A DNA stretch of 55,462 nt from positions 15,191,470 through 15,246,931 of the forward strand of contig NC_057753.1 in the NCBI RefSeq assembly GCF_004010195.1. The letters are read 5' to 3'. The notes under the pieces were generated by a model. That model did not search any database. It was not told the DNA's origin and saw only the letters and a program-made list of their open reading frames with translations. Positions within the stretch are counted from its first letter, which is position 1, and every line of letters begins with the position of its first letter. Positions 1 through 12,097 of the stretch are shown piece by piece. Source of the DNA: Chiloscyllium plagiosum. Taxonomy: Eukaryota. A program made the position numbers and the translations under genes.

Positions 1-574
1 GACGGGGTCAGTTGGTAGGGAAGGGGAGGGGTTCAGTTTGTAGGGGAGGGTGAGGGGTGGGTCAGTTGGTCATGGGGGGTGTCAGTTTTTAGGTGGAACG
101 GGAAGGGGGTCAGTTTGTCAGGGGAATCAGTTTGTAGGGCACGAGTGTCAAGTTTGCAAGGGTATTGGCTCATTGTTTCGGGAATGGGAGGGGTCCCATT
201 TCCAGGGAGTGGTCCCCTTTCCGGGCGCCAGAGACCCCAGTTACGGTCCCGTTCATTGGCGACAGCACCTCCCTCTGGTCCCCCTGGAGGAATGTTTGGA
301 AACGCGTTTCAAGGGAAGGAATGAAATGGAGTGGCGATCAGAGACGCTGCCCCCTGGGGACAGGAGGCTCTCAGCTGAAAGCAGGGCCCGGGAGCTGGAG
401 GACGAATCTGGACTGGAGCAAGGAATGAGTTCCCAGACATGTCTCACATTCTGGTGCGTCCATTTCAACTACCCTCCCATGGAAGAGGGGACAGCAGTGA
501 ATGAAGACAAGAGAGTGGAGGTTGGGGAAGGACTGCGAAACGGAGTATAGTTGGGGCTAGGGACTGTGTATTAG

Positions 575-860
575 AGGTGGTGATAGGATCCTGTATTGCG
601 AGAGGGTCTATTGCAGGTGGTGATGGGATCCTGCGCTGTGAGAGGGTCTATTGCAGGTGGTGATGGGATCCTGCGCTGAGAGTGTCTATTGCAGGTGGTG
701 ATGGGATCCTGCACTGTGAGAGGGTCTATTGCAGGCGGTGATGGGATCCATCACTGTGAGAGAGTCGATTGCAGGTGGTGATGGGTTCCTGCGCTGAGAG
801 GGTTCATTGCAGACGGTGACGGGATCCTGACCTGTGAGAGGGCTCATTGCAGGCAGGGAT
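575..860. repeat. ~40-bp minisatellite, ~7 diverged copies
   Basis: Unit gagagggtctattgcaggtggtgatgggatcctgcgctgt recurs about every 40 bp. Confidence 0.85.
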
Positions 861-1142
861 GGGACTCTGTAGTGTGAGGTGCTTATTTTTCCAGACATTG
901 ACAGGGGGCCTGTAGTGTGAGGAGAGAGGTGGGGAGGATGCGGGCTACAGGGCAGGGGAGGTTATTGCTGAGTGACCGGGGGAGGTGGGCTCTTTAGCGA
1001 GAGACCCTGCTCTGCCCTGCTCACTCCCTCGGGGCATGGATGGTCAGGAAGGGGACTGTTCCAATCACATCCCCACAACTCCCTCTCCCACCCCTTCCTG
1101 CCCCCTCACCCTCGCCCACCTCCTGCGCCTCCCCTCGTCACG

Positions 1143-1286
1143 TCAGGAGAAACTCTGGATGGGGTGGCTGACTTTCAGGCAGCCCCAGTAACAGGCGCGG
1201 GCAAAGCTGCAGAGCGAGAGGACCATGAGAACAGCCCAGCCCGCATAGATTCCATGGTATCTCCTGGCCTGCTTCCACGTAGATAT
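1143..1286 (-). CDS. PIP4P1: PIP4P1/TMEM55B (type 1 PI(4,5)P2 4-phosphatase), last coding exon
   Basis: Polypyrimidine-CAG acceptor at 1287-1288, then ISTWKQARRYHGIYAGWAVLMVLSLCSFARACYWGCLKVSHPIQSFS*. This matches the recalled TMEM55B C-terminus (TWKHARRYGGIYAAWA...YWACMKVSHPVQNFS). Confidence 0.9.
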   Translation of the reverse strand: MSTWKQARRYHGIYAGWAVLMVLSLCSFARACYWGCLKVSHPIQSFS

Positions 1287-1504
1287 CTGAGAGAGGGGGG
1301 GTGGGGGTGGGTAATGAGAGAGACAGACAGAGGAAGAGAAATTACCACTTAACACCCTCAACAAACAAGGCTGCACGGGGAAAGCAGCAGCGAGAGGAGA
1401 TCTCGTGAAATCAACTTGGTCACACTGCAAACCAACCAGTTTCCAGTAGACAGGCAGGAGGCTGGAGGAACACACCTCGCTCCTCACACTTTTCAGGTGC
1501 TTGA

Positions 1505-1620
1505 GTCCTGAACAAGGGTCACACGCAAAACGTCGACTCCTCCTCCCCCTGACGCTGCCTGGTTTGCTGGGTTATTCCAGCCCCGTGCCTGTCTACTTTG
1601 GATTCCAGCATCTGCAGGGT
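1505..1620 (+). mobile_element. Penelope-like element 3' terminal fragment with degenerate hammerhead motif
   Basis: ctgaacaagggt...aaaacgtcgactcc...gctgcctgg...ttccagcatctgcag, homologous to the copies at 30325-30451 and 54187-54295. Confidence 0.6.
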
Positions 1621-1934
1621 TTTTTTTTTGGTCTCTACTAAACAACCGGTTCAAAACAGACAAAAAAAAACTAATTAGCGATCACGCGCATTCTCCCAGC
1701 TCAATTTAAGGCTTAAGCTTAAAATATCATGTTTAAGTAACTTGCAAATTCAAGGAAAATGGAGATTTTGGATAAAAACCGCCCCCCCCCCCCCCCCCCC
1801 CAAGATGCCTCAGCTCTCGGGTGAGGTGGTGGGGTAGCAGGGGAGTGAATGCACTGGCGATGGAAGGAAGATCTGGATTTGAAAGAAAATTGCGAGTGGT
1901 GGATGTCGCAGTCTGGGCACAGCCTTTCTCCCAC

Positions 1935-2760
1935 TCCCTGTCCCTAGTTACCCCCCTGGGGGGGAGTGAGCTGCTTCCTTGAACTGGTGCAGTCCATGTG
2001 CTGTCTGGTAGACCCACAATGTCCCTCAGGGAGGGAATCCCAGGATTCTTACCCAGCCACACTGAAGAAATGGCCAAAATATTTCTGAGTCAGGACTGTG
2101 AGGGGCTCAGAGGGGGGTCTTGCAGGGGGCTGGTGTTCCAGTGTATCTGCTGCCCCACCCCCTCACCCTTATCCTTCAGGATGGAAGTGGCTGAGCGGTT
2201 TTGGGAAGGTGCTGTCTGAGGAGCCTCGGGGAGTTTCGGCAGTGCATCTTGTAGACAGTACACACTGCAGCTACTGAGGGTCAGGGGGTGGAGGGAGGGA
2301 GGGGATTATTGTGGGTGTGGGGCCAATCGAGCGAGGGGCTGCTTTGTCCCTGGACGGTGTCGAGTTTCTCGAGTGTTGTCAGCGCTGACCCCATCCAGGG
2401 GCAAGTGGGGAGAATTCCCTCACCCTCCAGACTTGTGCCTTGTCGATGGTGGGACAGGCGTTGAGGAGGGAGTCTGGAGGGGAGTTGCTTGCTGCAGGAT
2501 TCCCAGCCTCTGACCTGCTGTGTTTAGATGGGGCTGGGTCCGGGTCAGTTTCAGTCAATGGTTACTCCCAGGATATTGTGGGGGGATTCAGTGATAGTAA
2601 GACCATTGAACGTAATGGGGACGATGAGTTAGATTCTCTCTTGTTGGAGTCAGTAACCATCAGGATATTGATGGGGGAGGGGAGGGGAGTTCAAGAATGG
2701 TAATGCCATGGAATGTCAAGGGGGCGATGGTGAGGTTCTCTCAGTGGAGACGGTTATTAC
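1935..2760. mobile_element. Old diverged non-LTR retrotransposon remnant
   Basis: Resembles common shark interspersed LINE-tail sequence; no intact ORF; boundaries approximate. Confidence 0.4.
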
Positions 2761-2777
2761 CTGACATTTATAGATTC

Positions 2778-3395
2778 ATAGAATCCCGACAGTGTGTAAA
2801 CAGGCCCTTCAGCCCAACAAGTCCACATTAGCCCGCTGAACAGTAACCCATCCAGACCCATTCCCCTACATTCTACATTTTACCCCTGACTAATGGACCT
2901 AACCTGCACTTCCCTGGGCACTATGGGTAATTTTGCATGGCATTAGGGGTAAGTTACCAGTCAATCCACCTAAACTGCACCTTCCTGGGCACTAGGGGTA
3001 ATTTAGCACAATCAATCCACCTTAACCTGCACATCCCCAGGCACTATGGGTAATTTAGCATGGCCAATCCACCTTAACCTGCACATCCCTGGGCACTATG
3101 GGTAATTTTGCACGGTCAATCCACCCTAACCTGCACATCCCTGGGCACTATGGGTAATTTTGCACGGCCAATCCACCCTAACCTGCATATCCCTGGGCAC
3201 TATGGGTAATTTTGCACGGCCAATCCACCCTAACCTGCACATCAGTCGGGGGAAACTCCAGCACCCGGAGGAAGTCCACACAGACACGGGGAGAATGTGC
3301 AAACCCCACACAGACAGTTGCCAGAGGGTGGAATTGAACCCAGGTCCCTGGCACTGTGAGGCAGCAGTGTCAACCACCGAGCCACTGTGCCACCC
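2778..3395 (-). mobile_element. HE1/V-SINE-type tRNA SINE with an internal ~52-bp tandem expansion (2898-3243)
   Basis: tRNA head (gtggcacagtggctcgg...ggttcaattcc on the - strand), central gtgtctgtgtgg...tcctccgggtgc block and LINE-like tail; aacctgcacatccctgggcactatgggtaatt repeated 6-7 times. Confidence 0.85.
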
Positions 3396-3539
3396 TGAGG
3401 TGGAGGTGAAGCTGACTGTGACTGACGTGGTCTGATTCTCTCTGCTTGGAGATGGTAAACCCCTCAGGATGTGGATTGTGGTGGATTCACACACAGTAAC
3501 ACCACTGAATGCCTTGGGGCAATGGTGAGTTGGAGCAGA

Positions 3540-3712
3540 CTGAGACATTGACAACATTTTAAAGACACCTGAATGGGGGACATGAACAGGAAGGGTTTCG
3601 AGGGACACGGGCTGAGTGCTGGCAACTGGGAATACATTCACTTCGGGTATCTGGTTAGCACGGACAAGTTGGGCCGAAGTGCCTGTTTCCGTGCTGTATG
3701 ACTCACTGACTG
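3540..3712 (+). mobile_element. CR1-type LINE 3' tail
   Basis: acatttaaagacacctg...gggccgaagtgcctgtttccgtgctgtatgactc, homologous to other tails in the window. Confidence 0.7.
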
Positions 3713-4040
3713 TTTAGCAATCTCTGGGACATGTCTGTAATTCTCAAGTTAAATCCAGATTCGGTCTGTAGTATGTCAGCCGGGAAATGAAAATCAAAAA
3801 TGGAGGAATTGCGTGCATGTTTCGAAAATCTTGCGTCGTCTCCGGGAATAGATTGGCTTCACGTCCCGCCCTCTCCCTCCCTTACCCACAGCAGGAAATG
3901 CGGAGGAGAGCAGATCTCAGGGGACAGTACAGGGCGTGCAGAGGTCACTAAACTCCGCAGTGTCTCGGACAGCCGTACGGGAGGGGAGCAAGGACTGGTG
4001 GGGGATCAGAGGCAAGGAGTGGCAATAACTCCGTACTCAC

Positions 4041-4131
4041 CGCCACGCCAGCAGCGATAACAGCGAAGAGTAATCCCACCATGAATATCCACATACATCG
4101 GCGCCGCGGATACTGCCGGCCAATCGAGGAG
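4041..4131 (-). CDS. PIP4P1: PIP4P1 exon (first transmembrane helix)
   Basis: ctgtag| ... |gtgagt, phase 2-0; encodes SSIGRQYPRRRCMWIFMVGLLFAVIAAGVA; splices in frame to the neighbouring exons. Confidence 0.9.
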
Positions 4132-4282
4132 CTACAGGATAAACAGAGCAGTCCCACATCAGATGGGGAGGGGGGTTGGGGGGGGGGGGGGGGGGAAGAG
4201 GGTCATGGGCAGGGTACGAACCCGTGGGCACGGGCACTGTGTTGGAGCGCGAAGCCGAGGAAGAGATGGAGGGGTTACTTAC

Positions 4283-4335
4283 ACGTGTCGACAGTGAGGA
4301 CAGCGTGCCAATGTGCTGTCTGTGAACTCTCGCCA
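4283..4335 (-). CDS. PIP4P1: PIP4P1 exon
   Basis: ttgcag| ... |gtaagt, phase 0-2; encodes WREFTDSTLARCPHCRHV (cf. WTEFTDRTLARCPHCRKV). Confidence 0.9.
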
Positions 4336-4409
4336 CTGCAAGGCACACAAAACAGAACAGGTCACCAGGACGGCACATGGGTAACTGCGTAGCACAGATA
4401 GATCACCCA

Positions 4410-4790
4410 GTCCCCGACACACACACACACACACAGACTCGTCCGGGAGCTCACGCGGGCACGCACGCAGCACTGTCCCCGGCATGCGCACACAGACACA
4501 CACACACGTGTGCACACAGACACACACGTGTGCGTGCACACACAGCCCTGTCCCCGACACACACACAGAGCCCCGTCACCGACACACACACAGAGCCCCG
4601 TCCCCAACATACACACACACACCCTTGCTCCTGACACACACAGCTCCGTCCCCAGCAATCGCGCACGCATGCACACACAGCTCCCCCCTGTCCCCAGCAT
4701 GCGCAAGTACACATGCACACAAACACAGCCCTAGCCCCAACTGGGCACGCTCACACACACAGAGACAGACAGACAGACAGAGTCCCGTCC
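4410..4790. repeat. CA-rich compound micro/minisatellite (PIP4P1 intron)
   Basis: (CA)n runs interspersed with gccc(c/t)gtcccc units. Confidence 0.8.
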
Positions 4791-4812
4791 CTATCACTAA
4801 CTCACATCTTAC

Positions 4813-4918
4813 CAGGAATGTGTTTTTACAATGCCCGCAGATAACCCGGGTTCCAGACGGCTGGGGCTCCGGGCTGGTTGGTCCGGGGTGGATGGGTCCC
4901 AGGTTTATTATCCTCTTA
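4813..4918 (-). CDS. PIP4P1: PIP4P1 exon; further upstream exons not seen in this window
   Basis: cccag| ... |gtaaga, phase 2-0; encodes [35 protein letters not shown]. Confidence 0.9.
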
Positions 4919-5057
4919 CTGGGTGCACAACGTCAGACGGAGGGGGAGGGGGGGAGGGGGGGGAGAGACAGAGTTCAGATCAGAGGAGACAGAAAGCACA
5001 GGGCAGTCGAAAGATACCTGCACACCATCGTGCAACCTCCCCACCCCTCCCCTCAAG

Positions 5058-5425
5058 CCTGCAGCACAGGAACAGGAGGCCATTCAGCCCCTCCCTCCTC
5101 CTCCAGCCTGTTACACAGGAACAGGAGGCCATTCAGCCCCTCCCTCTCCAGGCTGTTACACAGGAACAGGAGGCCATTCAGCCCCTCCCTCCTCCAGGCT
5201 GTTACACAGGAACAGAAGGCCATTCAGCCCCTCCCTCCTCCTCCAGTCTGTTACACAGGAACAGGAGGCCATTCAGCCCCTCCCTCCTCCTCCAGGCTGT
5301 TACACAGGAACAGGAGGCCTTTCAGCCCCTCCCTCCTCCTCCAGCCTGTTACACAGGAACAGGAGACTGTTCAGCCCCTCCCTCCTCCTCCAGCCTGTTA
5401 CACAGGAACAGGAGACCGTTCAGAA
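5058..5425. repeat. ~49-bp minisatellite, ~7.5 copies
   Basis: Unit ctgttacacaggaacaggaggccattcagcccctccctcctcctccagc. Confidence 0.9.
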
Positions 5426-5609
5426 CTATCTCCATGAATGATCACACTGAGGCCATCTTTCGAAGGGTGTAGTGTTAAAACATGACTGGGTACTTCCCTC
5501 TTTGAACAAAGTCCACGTGATAATCAAACAGAGCAGACTGTGCCTGAGAAATGCCTTAACTCGGTCATTCAGCTGCTCCCACTACACACCACCAAAGCCA
5601 GGCCGAGGT

Positions 5610-5950
5610 GATGTGCTGCTGGTACTAGCGCTGCACTGTTAATCCATGGTCCCAGGGAAGGTTCTGGAGACCGGGTTGGGAATCCCGCCTCCACAGAGGG
5701 GAGGACTCAAATTCATGATCAGTATCAGGAATGAGGAATCTACTACCACCCACCATTGTCGATTGTTGGGGGAAAACCCCATCTGGCTCACAAACATCCT
5801 TCAGGGAAGGAAACTGCCTTCCTTACCAGGCCTGGTCTACACGTGACTCCAGATCCACAGCAACGGGACTGACTCTCGAAATGCCCGAGGGGGATTTAGG
5901 GACAGGGTAATAATACTCGCTGAGCCAGTGACATCCAGTGAATGAGTAAA
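5610..5950 (+). mobile_element. Ancient interspersed SINE/LINE-tail repeat
   Basis: Related diverged copies at ~22990-23240 and ~43220-43500 (opposite strand) share ctggtctacacgtgactccagatccacagc-like blocks. Confidence 0.5.
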
Positions 5951-6159
5951 GCCAATAAATACTGAGAATATGTACCAGCTCCAATCCTACTTCCAATGTT
6001 ACCTTAGAATCAACCACATGACACTTCCTGCTACTGGCGGATCCGAAATCCCCGAAATTGCACTGACTTCGTCCCCACCCCAGTTTCACACTGACTCCAC
6101 TTCCCCAGGCTCCAGCTCACAAGACATCTATACAATTCACATCATATTCACATACATGA

Positions 6160-8328
6160 ACTGGTGTCTCTCAGACCTCATTCTCGCTCTCTCAGGGAGA
6201 AGAATGTGCACTGACTGCAATCTCTCACTCGTGTGTACGTGTGTGTCTCTCTCTCTCTCTGAGAGATACCCACACACTGACTGGCGTCTCTCAATCCCCT
6301 CTCTCTTTCTATCAGGGGGATATCTGTACACTGAATAGTATCTCAGTCCCCTCTCTTTCAGGGAAATACCTGTACAACGACTGGTGTCTCTCAGGGAGAT
6401 CTTTGTGCAGTGACTAGTATCTCAGGCCTCTCTCTCTCTCTCACACAGAGAGGTAGCATTACACTGACTGGAGATTGTAAGTTGCCTCTCCCTTTCTCAG
6501 GAAGTTATCTGGACACTGACAGATGTCTCTCAGTTCCCTCTTTCTGTCTCAGGGACATATCTGTGCACTGACTGGCATCAGTCAGTTCTCTCTCTCTCTC
6601 TTTCAGGAAGAAATCTGTACACAGACTGGCATCCTGAAGTCCCCCCTCTCTCAGGGACATATCTGTACACTGACTGTTAACTCTCACTCCCCTCTCAGGG
6701 AGATACCTGTACACTGAGTGGTGTCTCTCAGTCCTCTCTCTCTCTCTCGCTCTCGGGGAGATATCTGTATAATGACATAAGTCATTTTAGTCTCCCTCGG
6801 AGATCTTTCTTCACTCACTGGTATCAATTACTCTCCTCTCTCACTATCAGGGAGATAACTGTACACTGACTGGTGTCTCTCAGTCGCCTCCCTCATTGAG
6901 GGAAACATCTGTACACTGGCTGGCATTTCTGTGTTTCCCCCCCACCCCCTTCTCTCAAGGAGATATCTGGACACTGACTGGCGTCCCTCAGTCCCATCCC
7001 TCTCTCTCTCTCTCTCTCTCTCTCTCAGGAAGATATCTGTACACTGACTGGTGTTGCTCAGTCCTGCCCCTCTCTCTCAGGGAGATATCTGTACACTGAC
7101 TGGTGTCTCTCAGACAGATATCTGTACAGCGACTGGTGTCCCTCAGTACATCCGGTCTGCCTCTCTTAGCGAGGTATCGTTGCAGTGACTGGTGTGTCTC
7201 AGTTTCCCCCTCTCTCTCAGGGAGATATCTGTACACTGACTGGTGTCTCACAGTCCACTCTCTCTCTCAGGGAAATATCTGGACACTGACAAGTGTCTCA
7301 GTTCTGTATCTCAGGGAGATATCTGTACACTGACTGGTGTCTCTCAGACCCATCCCCCTCTCTCTCTCTCTCTCAGGAAGATATCTGTACACTGACTGGT
7401 GTTGCTCAGTCCTGCCCCTCTCTCTCAGGGAGATATCTGGACACTGGCTGCTGTCTCTCAGTACCCCCTCTCTCTGCACGGGAGATATCTGTCTCAGTCC
7501 ACCCCCCCCCCCCCCCTCCTCAGGGAACTATCTATATACTGACTAGTGTCTCTCAGTCTCCCCTCTCTCTCAGGGAGATATCTGGACACTGACTCGTGTC
7601 TCTCAGGGACATAACTCTACACTGATTGGTGTCTCTCAGTCCCCCCCTCTTTCTCTCTCTCGGAGATATCTGTACACTGACTGGTGTCTCTTAGCCCTCT
7701 CTCTCAGGGAGATATCTGTACACTGACTGGCATCTCTCAGTCCACATTCTTTCAGGGAGATATCTGTACAGTGACTGGTGTGTCTCAGACCCCCTCTCTC
7801 TCAGGGAGATATCTACACTGACTGGTGTCTCTCACTCCCCCCTCTCTCTCTCTCTCTCAGGAAGATATCTGGACACTGACTACTGTCTCAGTCCTGTATC
7901 TCAGGGAGATATCTGGACACTGACTGGTGTCTCTCAGGGACATAACTCTACACTGATTGGTGTCTCTCAGTCCCTCCCTCTCAGAGATATCTGCACACTG
8001 ACTAGTGTCCCTCAGGGCGATATCTGTACACTGACTAGTGTCTCTCAGTCTTCTCTCTCAGGGTGATATCTGCACACTGACTGGTGTCTCACAGTCCCCT
8101 CTCTCTCTCAGGGTGATATCTGCACACTGACTGGTGTCTCAGTCCCCTCTCTCTCTCAGGGTGATATCTGCACACTGACTGGTGTCTCTCAGTCCCCTCT
8201 CTCTCTCTCTCTCTCAGGGAGATATCTGCACACTGACTGGTGTGTCTCAGTCCTCTCTCTCTCTCTCAGGGAGATATCTGCACACTGACTGGTGTCTCCC
8301 AGTCCTCTCTCTCTCTCTTCGGGAGATT
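6160..8328. repeat. Degenerate ~45-55-bp satellite, roughly 35-40 copies
   Basis: Core ctcagggagatatctgtacactgactggtgtctctcagtcc plus a variable (CT)n spacer. Confidence 0.9.
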
Positions 8329-8604
8329 CATAGAACAACACAGCACAGACCAGGCCCTTTGGCCCTCGATGTTGCACCAACCTGTGAACTAATCTAAGCC
8401 CATCCCCCTACATGATCCCATCATCATCCATGTACTTATCTAAGGACTGTTTAAATCTCCCTCATGTGGCTGAGTTAACTACCTTAGCAGGTAGGGCATT
8501 CCACGCCCTTCCCACTCTCAGCATAAAGAACTTGCCTCTGACATCTGTCTTTAATCCATCACCCCTCAATTTGTAGTTATGCCCCCTCGTACAAGCTGAC
8601 GTCA
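8329..8604 (-). mobile_element. CR1-type LINE 3' end
   Basis: catagaacaacacagcacagaccaggccctttggccc tail and gcattccacgccct...aagaacttgcctctg block, running into the gap. Confidence 0.65.
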
Positions 8605-9104
8605 NNNNNNNNNNNNNNNNNNNNNNNNNNNNNNNNNNNNNNNNNNNNNNNNNNNNNNNNNNNNNNNNNNNNNNNNNNNNNNNNNNNNNNNNNNNNNNNN
8701 NNNNNNNNNNNNNNNNNNNNNNNNNNNNNNNNNNNNNNNNNNNNNNNNNNNNNNNNNNNNNNNNNNNNNNNNNNNNNNNNNNNNNNNNNNNNNNNNNNNN
8801 NNNNNNNNNNNNNNNNNNNNNNNNNNNNNNNNNNNNNNNNNNNNNNNNNNNNNNNNNNNNNNNNNNNNNNNNNNNNNNNNNNNNNNNNNNNNNNNNNNNN
8901 NNNNNNNNNNNNNNNNNNNNNNNNNNNNNNNNNNNNNNNNNNNNNNNNNNNNNNNNNNNNNNNNNNNNNNNNNNNNNNNNNNNNNNNNNNNNNNNNNNNN
9001 NNNNNNNNNNNNNNNNNNNNNNNNNNNNNNNNNNNNNNNNNNNNNNNNNNNNNNNNNNNNNNNNNNNNNNNNNNNNNNNNNNNNNNNNNNNNNNNNNNNN
9101 NNNN
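8605..9104. other. Assembly gap (500 N); other gaps at 25507-26006, 44204-44703 (500 N each) and 46355-46898 (544 N)
   Basis: N runs counted directly; identical 500-N lengths suggest placeholder joins. Confidence 0.98.
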
Positions 9105-9659
9105 CGAGTTAATATTTTGAATCAAATGTGATTATTCTGGATAATGACAGTTTTTAATACTGTGCACAGACGGGGGAGGAGAAGAGACTGAAACAGGTGG
9201 TCTGTGTGCTCAGAGGATAAACAACGGACTGATAGTTATAGTAATAGACAGAATTATGACTCAGAATAGATGCTAAGGATTGGAGGAATGAGATTAATGT
9301 GGGTCTGCTGTGCTGAGACCAATGTCGACAGGACAGGAATATATAAGGGAGGAAAGGGGTTACTTGTAATCTAAAGGAAGGGTAGAGGTTCAGCTCTGAA
9401 GGTGTTAGTCTCCATTTTTAGTCCTGAAGAGTGGAAAGTGACGAAATGGAAATTGAGCTCTTTCTCCAGCTGCTCGTGGAGATGCTGAGTTGCAGAGTAT
9501 ATTCAAAGATTCTGAGACCAACAACCTCCTGTGGTGGTGTGATTCTGTGATATGGATTCCGGCGTGGGGACTCGCTTCCAAGTCAAATCTGAAGCGTCAT
9601 TGATCTGTTAAGATGAACTAGCGTTTGGAACCCGGTTTCATTGTATCCATTAATGGTCA

Positions 9660-9881
9660 CAGCATTTCTCATTGGTGGAGAAGACAGAGTTTACTCAATA
9701 GTCTGCTCACATCAAAATCTATTGGTTGATGGAAAGAAACACGAGCCCCTGGATAAGTCGTGGTGAAGGAACTAACTGTTACAGAAATCGAGGAGTTACT
9801 TGATATGTTAACTGCTGCTCAGTATCTGTGATCAGCATTCAGCTAACGTTCAGATTTGATCTGGAACCACCAGCTGGGACG
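9660..9881 (+). promoter_or_regulatory. Candidate proximal promoter/5'UTR of the SRCR gene
   Basis: Two inverted CCAAT boxes (attgg at ~9671 and ~9721), GATA (gataag) and ETS-like (aggaac) motifs just upstream of the leader ATG. Confidence 0.3.
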
Positions 9882-9927
9882 ATGTTTGTAAACCTCGTGA
9901 ACTTACTTCTTCTGCAGCTATTGAACT
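9882..9927 (+). CDS. Putative signal-peptide exon of the SRCR receptor gene
   Basis: acgATG context; encodes MFVNLVNLLLLQLLN plus one base, then a perfect phase-1 donor gtgagt; joins 18847 in frame. Confidence 0.6.
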
Positions 9928-11088
9928 GTGAGTTATGGTCTCTTGAATACATTTTCTCAACCATTTATAGGTCAATGATTGGTAACATACATGTGGCAAA
10001 AATATAATGATCAGTCTATGCGAGATGAAATAGTGGCATGATAAGGAATGAAATTTATTTTGTCTTCATTATTTTCTGACTTTTTATGGAACTGATTCTG
10101 ATGCTTCAGAGCTCCCCAACCACAACCCCCATTCACCCCCAATCCTTGCACTTATTCGTAGTTTCCGTACAGATCACAGAGTTGAAAACCTACTCAGACA
10201 ATTCGGGTGTGTTTGGAAACAGTGCCCTTCGCTGCTTTAACAGTATGTGTGGTCGGGAAACCTGCTGAACAATATCTACCTAATTTATTCGTCAATATTT
10301 GGGAGAGTGTAAAATAGAAACTGAATATCTTTGCATTTCTAGGAGCTTGATGTGCCACTGATTTTCGTTAGTATTTCGTCTTTTTATATTCCAAAACTTT
10401 CTCGATACTGATGCATTTATACAGCGCCGTTGACAATGTCAGTGAAACAAAGGAACTCTGGGCCAATTTGGTACATTTTGTTGTTGAGACAGTTCTGCAA
10501 TTTAGGAAACGTGACAGGCAAGTTCCTCCGAGGAAAGTGTAAGAAACATTGCTGTGACAAAGGGCGCAGTTAGCCGTTCGCATCCTCAGTGGAACAAAGG
10601 CGCTGTGTGCTAATTTGTTATATTTTATTGTTCAGACAGTTCTGTAATTTTGGAAACTTGGCAGGCAATTTATTCCATGAAATCTGTTAGAATTGTCGCT
10701 CTAATAAAGGGTACATTTAACTGGTCATCTTCAAATAACCAAAGCGAAACATTCACGCTGCTTTCTGTCTGCAAATGTTGCCAGATCTGCGAAGTATTTC
10801 CAGCAATTTCTCCTTTGTTTCTGATTTCCAACATGCACAGTTCCTTGACCTTCTTTTGTTCACCAGTTTTGTTATTCAGTGAATTTAGTTGAATGATTGC
10901 CACTAGCCAGCGCAATATCAATAGCTCTTCTTCCTGGACTGGGGAAGTTGTTGAAGAATTTCAGTAGGATTACTGTAAACATTTTTACAGAACGATGTCT
11001 TCTTTTTTCCTGTCTCCAAATAAAAACTTTATTCATATAAATACCTTTACATGCATACTTAGTCACTGAAACAGGTCACTTCTGTACA

Positions 11089-11307
11089 GTAGTCAAAAAC
11101 TGTGGTGCTGGAAAAGCAGATCTGGTAAGGCAGCATACAAGGAACAGGAGGTTCGACGTTTCGAGCATAAAATCTTCATCAGGATAAAGATCTTATGCTT
11201 CAAACGTCGACTCTCCAGCTCCTCGGGTTCTGCCCGGCCAGTTGTGCTTTTCCACCACCACCCTTTTTGACTTTGATCTCCAGCATCTACAATCCTCACT
11301 TTCTCTG
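11089..11307. mobile_element. Fold-back (head-to-head) Penelope-like terminal fragment with 11-bp TSD
   Basis: Inverted halves around ~11185; acttctgtaca at 11078-11088 and 11308-11318; - strand ctgatgaa...gaaacgtc motif. Confidence 0.75.
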
Positions 11308-11419
11308 ACTTCTGTACAATCCTGTATGAAGGACAAACAAACACTGGAATTTGTCTCTCTACAGCAACACTCTAAAGGCATGTCTTACATGGATAAGATT
11401 GTAACTATATATCCTTGAG

Positions 11420-12097
11420 ACATTAGGGGGGTCTGGTAACTGAACGGACCCCCATATACCTTCTGCAGCAAGACCTAAGACAGTGGTCTTTCTCCACTGC
11501 CTTAGTGACAGCTGCCCCAACCTTTTATACATCCCTCAACACTTAGTCCTGGTCCTTGGAATGTTCCACTGTGCAACCCTCATTCGGGGTCAAATACTTG
11601 CCCTGGAATACCAAAGAGTTTAATGCCAACAAACGTGCATTTTTCAGCGATTTGGTGCTCTTCCAGGTGCAGTTGTTTGTTTCAGAGTCGGGGTGTGTCA
11701 TGGGGAACAGACCGTAGACCACTGTGTCCTGAGTCAAAGAGCTGCTTGTGAAGAGACTCGACAGAAAGTACTACATCTTTCGCCAGACATCTTTTGCAAA
11801 GGACCATTCCAGTAGGATATGTTTTAAGTCCCTACCCGTGTCCCCGCCACCCTTCCAAACCCCGCAATCACTGAGAGAGCAGTGTGGGTAGCCGCACACT
11901 AGCTAGGTGTACATGAGAGTTCTGGCAGTTTGTGCCCTTCCCAAGTGATGTCTTCGTGCTTGTTAGAACGTTCTAATGGTGAAGCATTCTGCCAAATGAC
12001 TAGGACAATCTGCTGAGTGAGCAACCCGACAGGATCTGCCCTCTCCTTTTCCCACAGAGAATCGAGGACGCGAAGGTACGTGCACCAACTGACCTGT
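11420..12097 (-). mobile_element. Tx1/L1-clade LINE ORF2 C-terminal fragment, decayed
   Basis: Translation TQDTVVYGLFPMTHP...LVFQGKYLTPNEGCTVEHSKDQD and VIWQNASPLE resembles the Tx1-type ORF2 C-terminus. Confidence 0.65.

Noticed and set aside
50..550. 166-aa ORF
   Set aside because: Begins in G-rich low-complexity sequence; no recognisable domain or splice structure.
1143..4918. PIP4P2/TMEM55A
   Set aside because: The C-terminus KVSHPIQSFS and the LGPIHPGP segment fit the recalled TMEM55B sequence better.
4362..5472. Long His/Thr-, Cys/Val- and Pro-rich ORFs
   Set aside because: Translations of micro- and minisatellites; the real coding piece is the - strand PIP4P1 exon 4813-4918.
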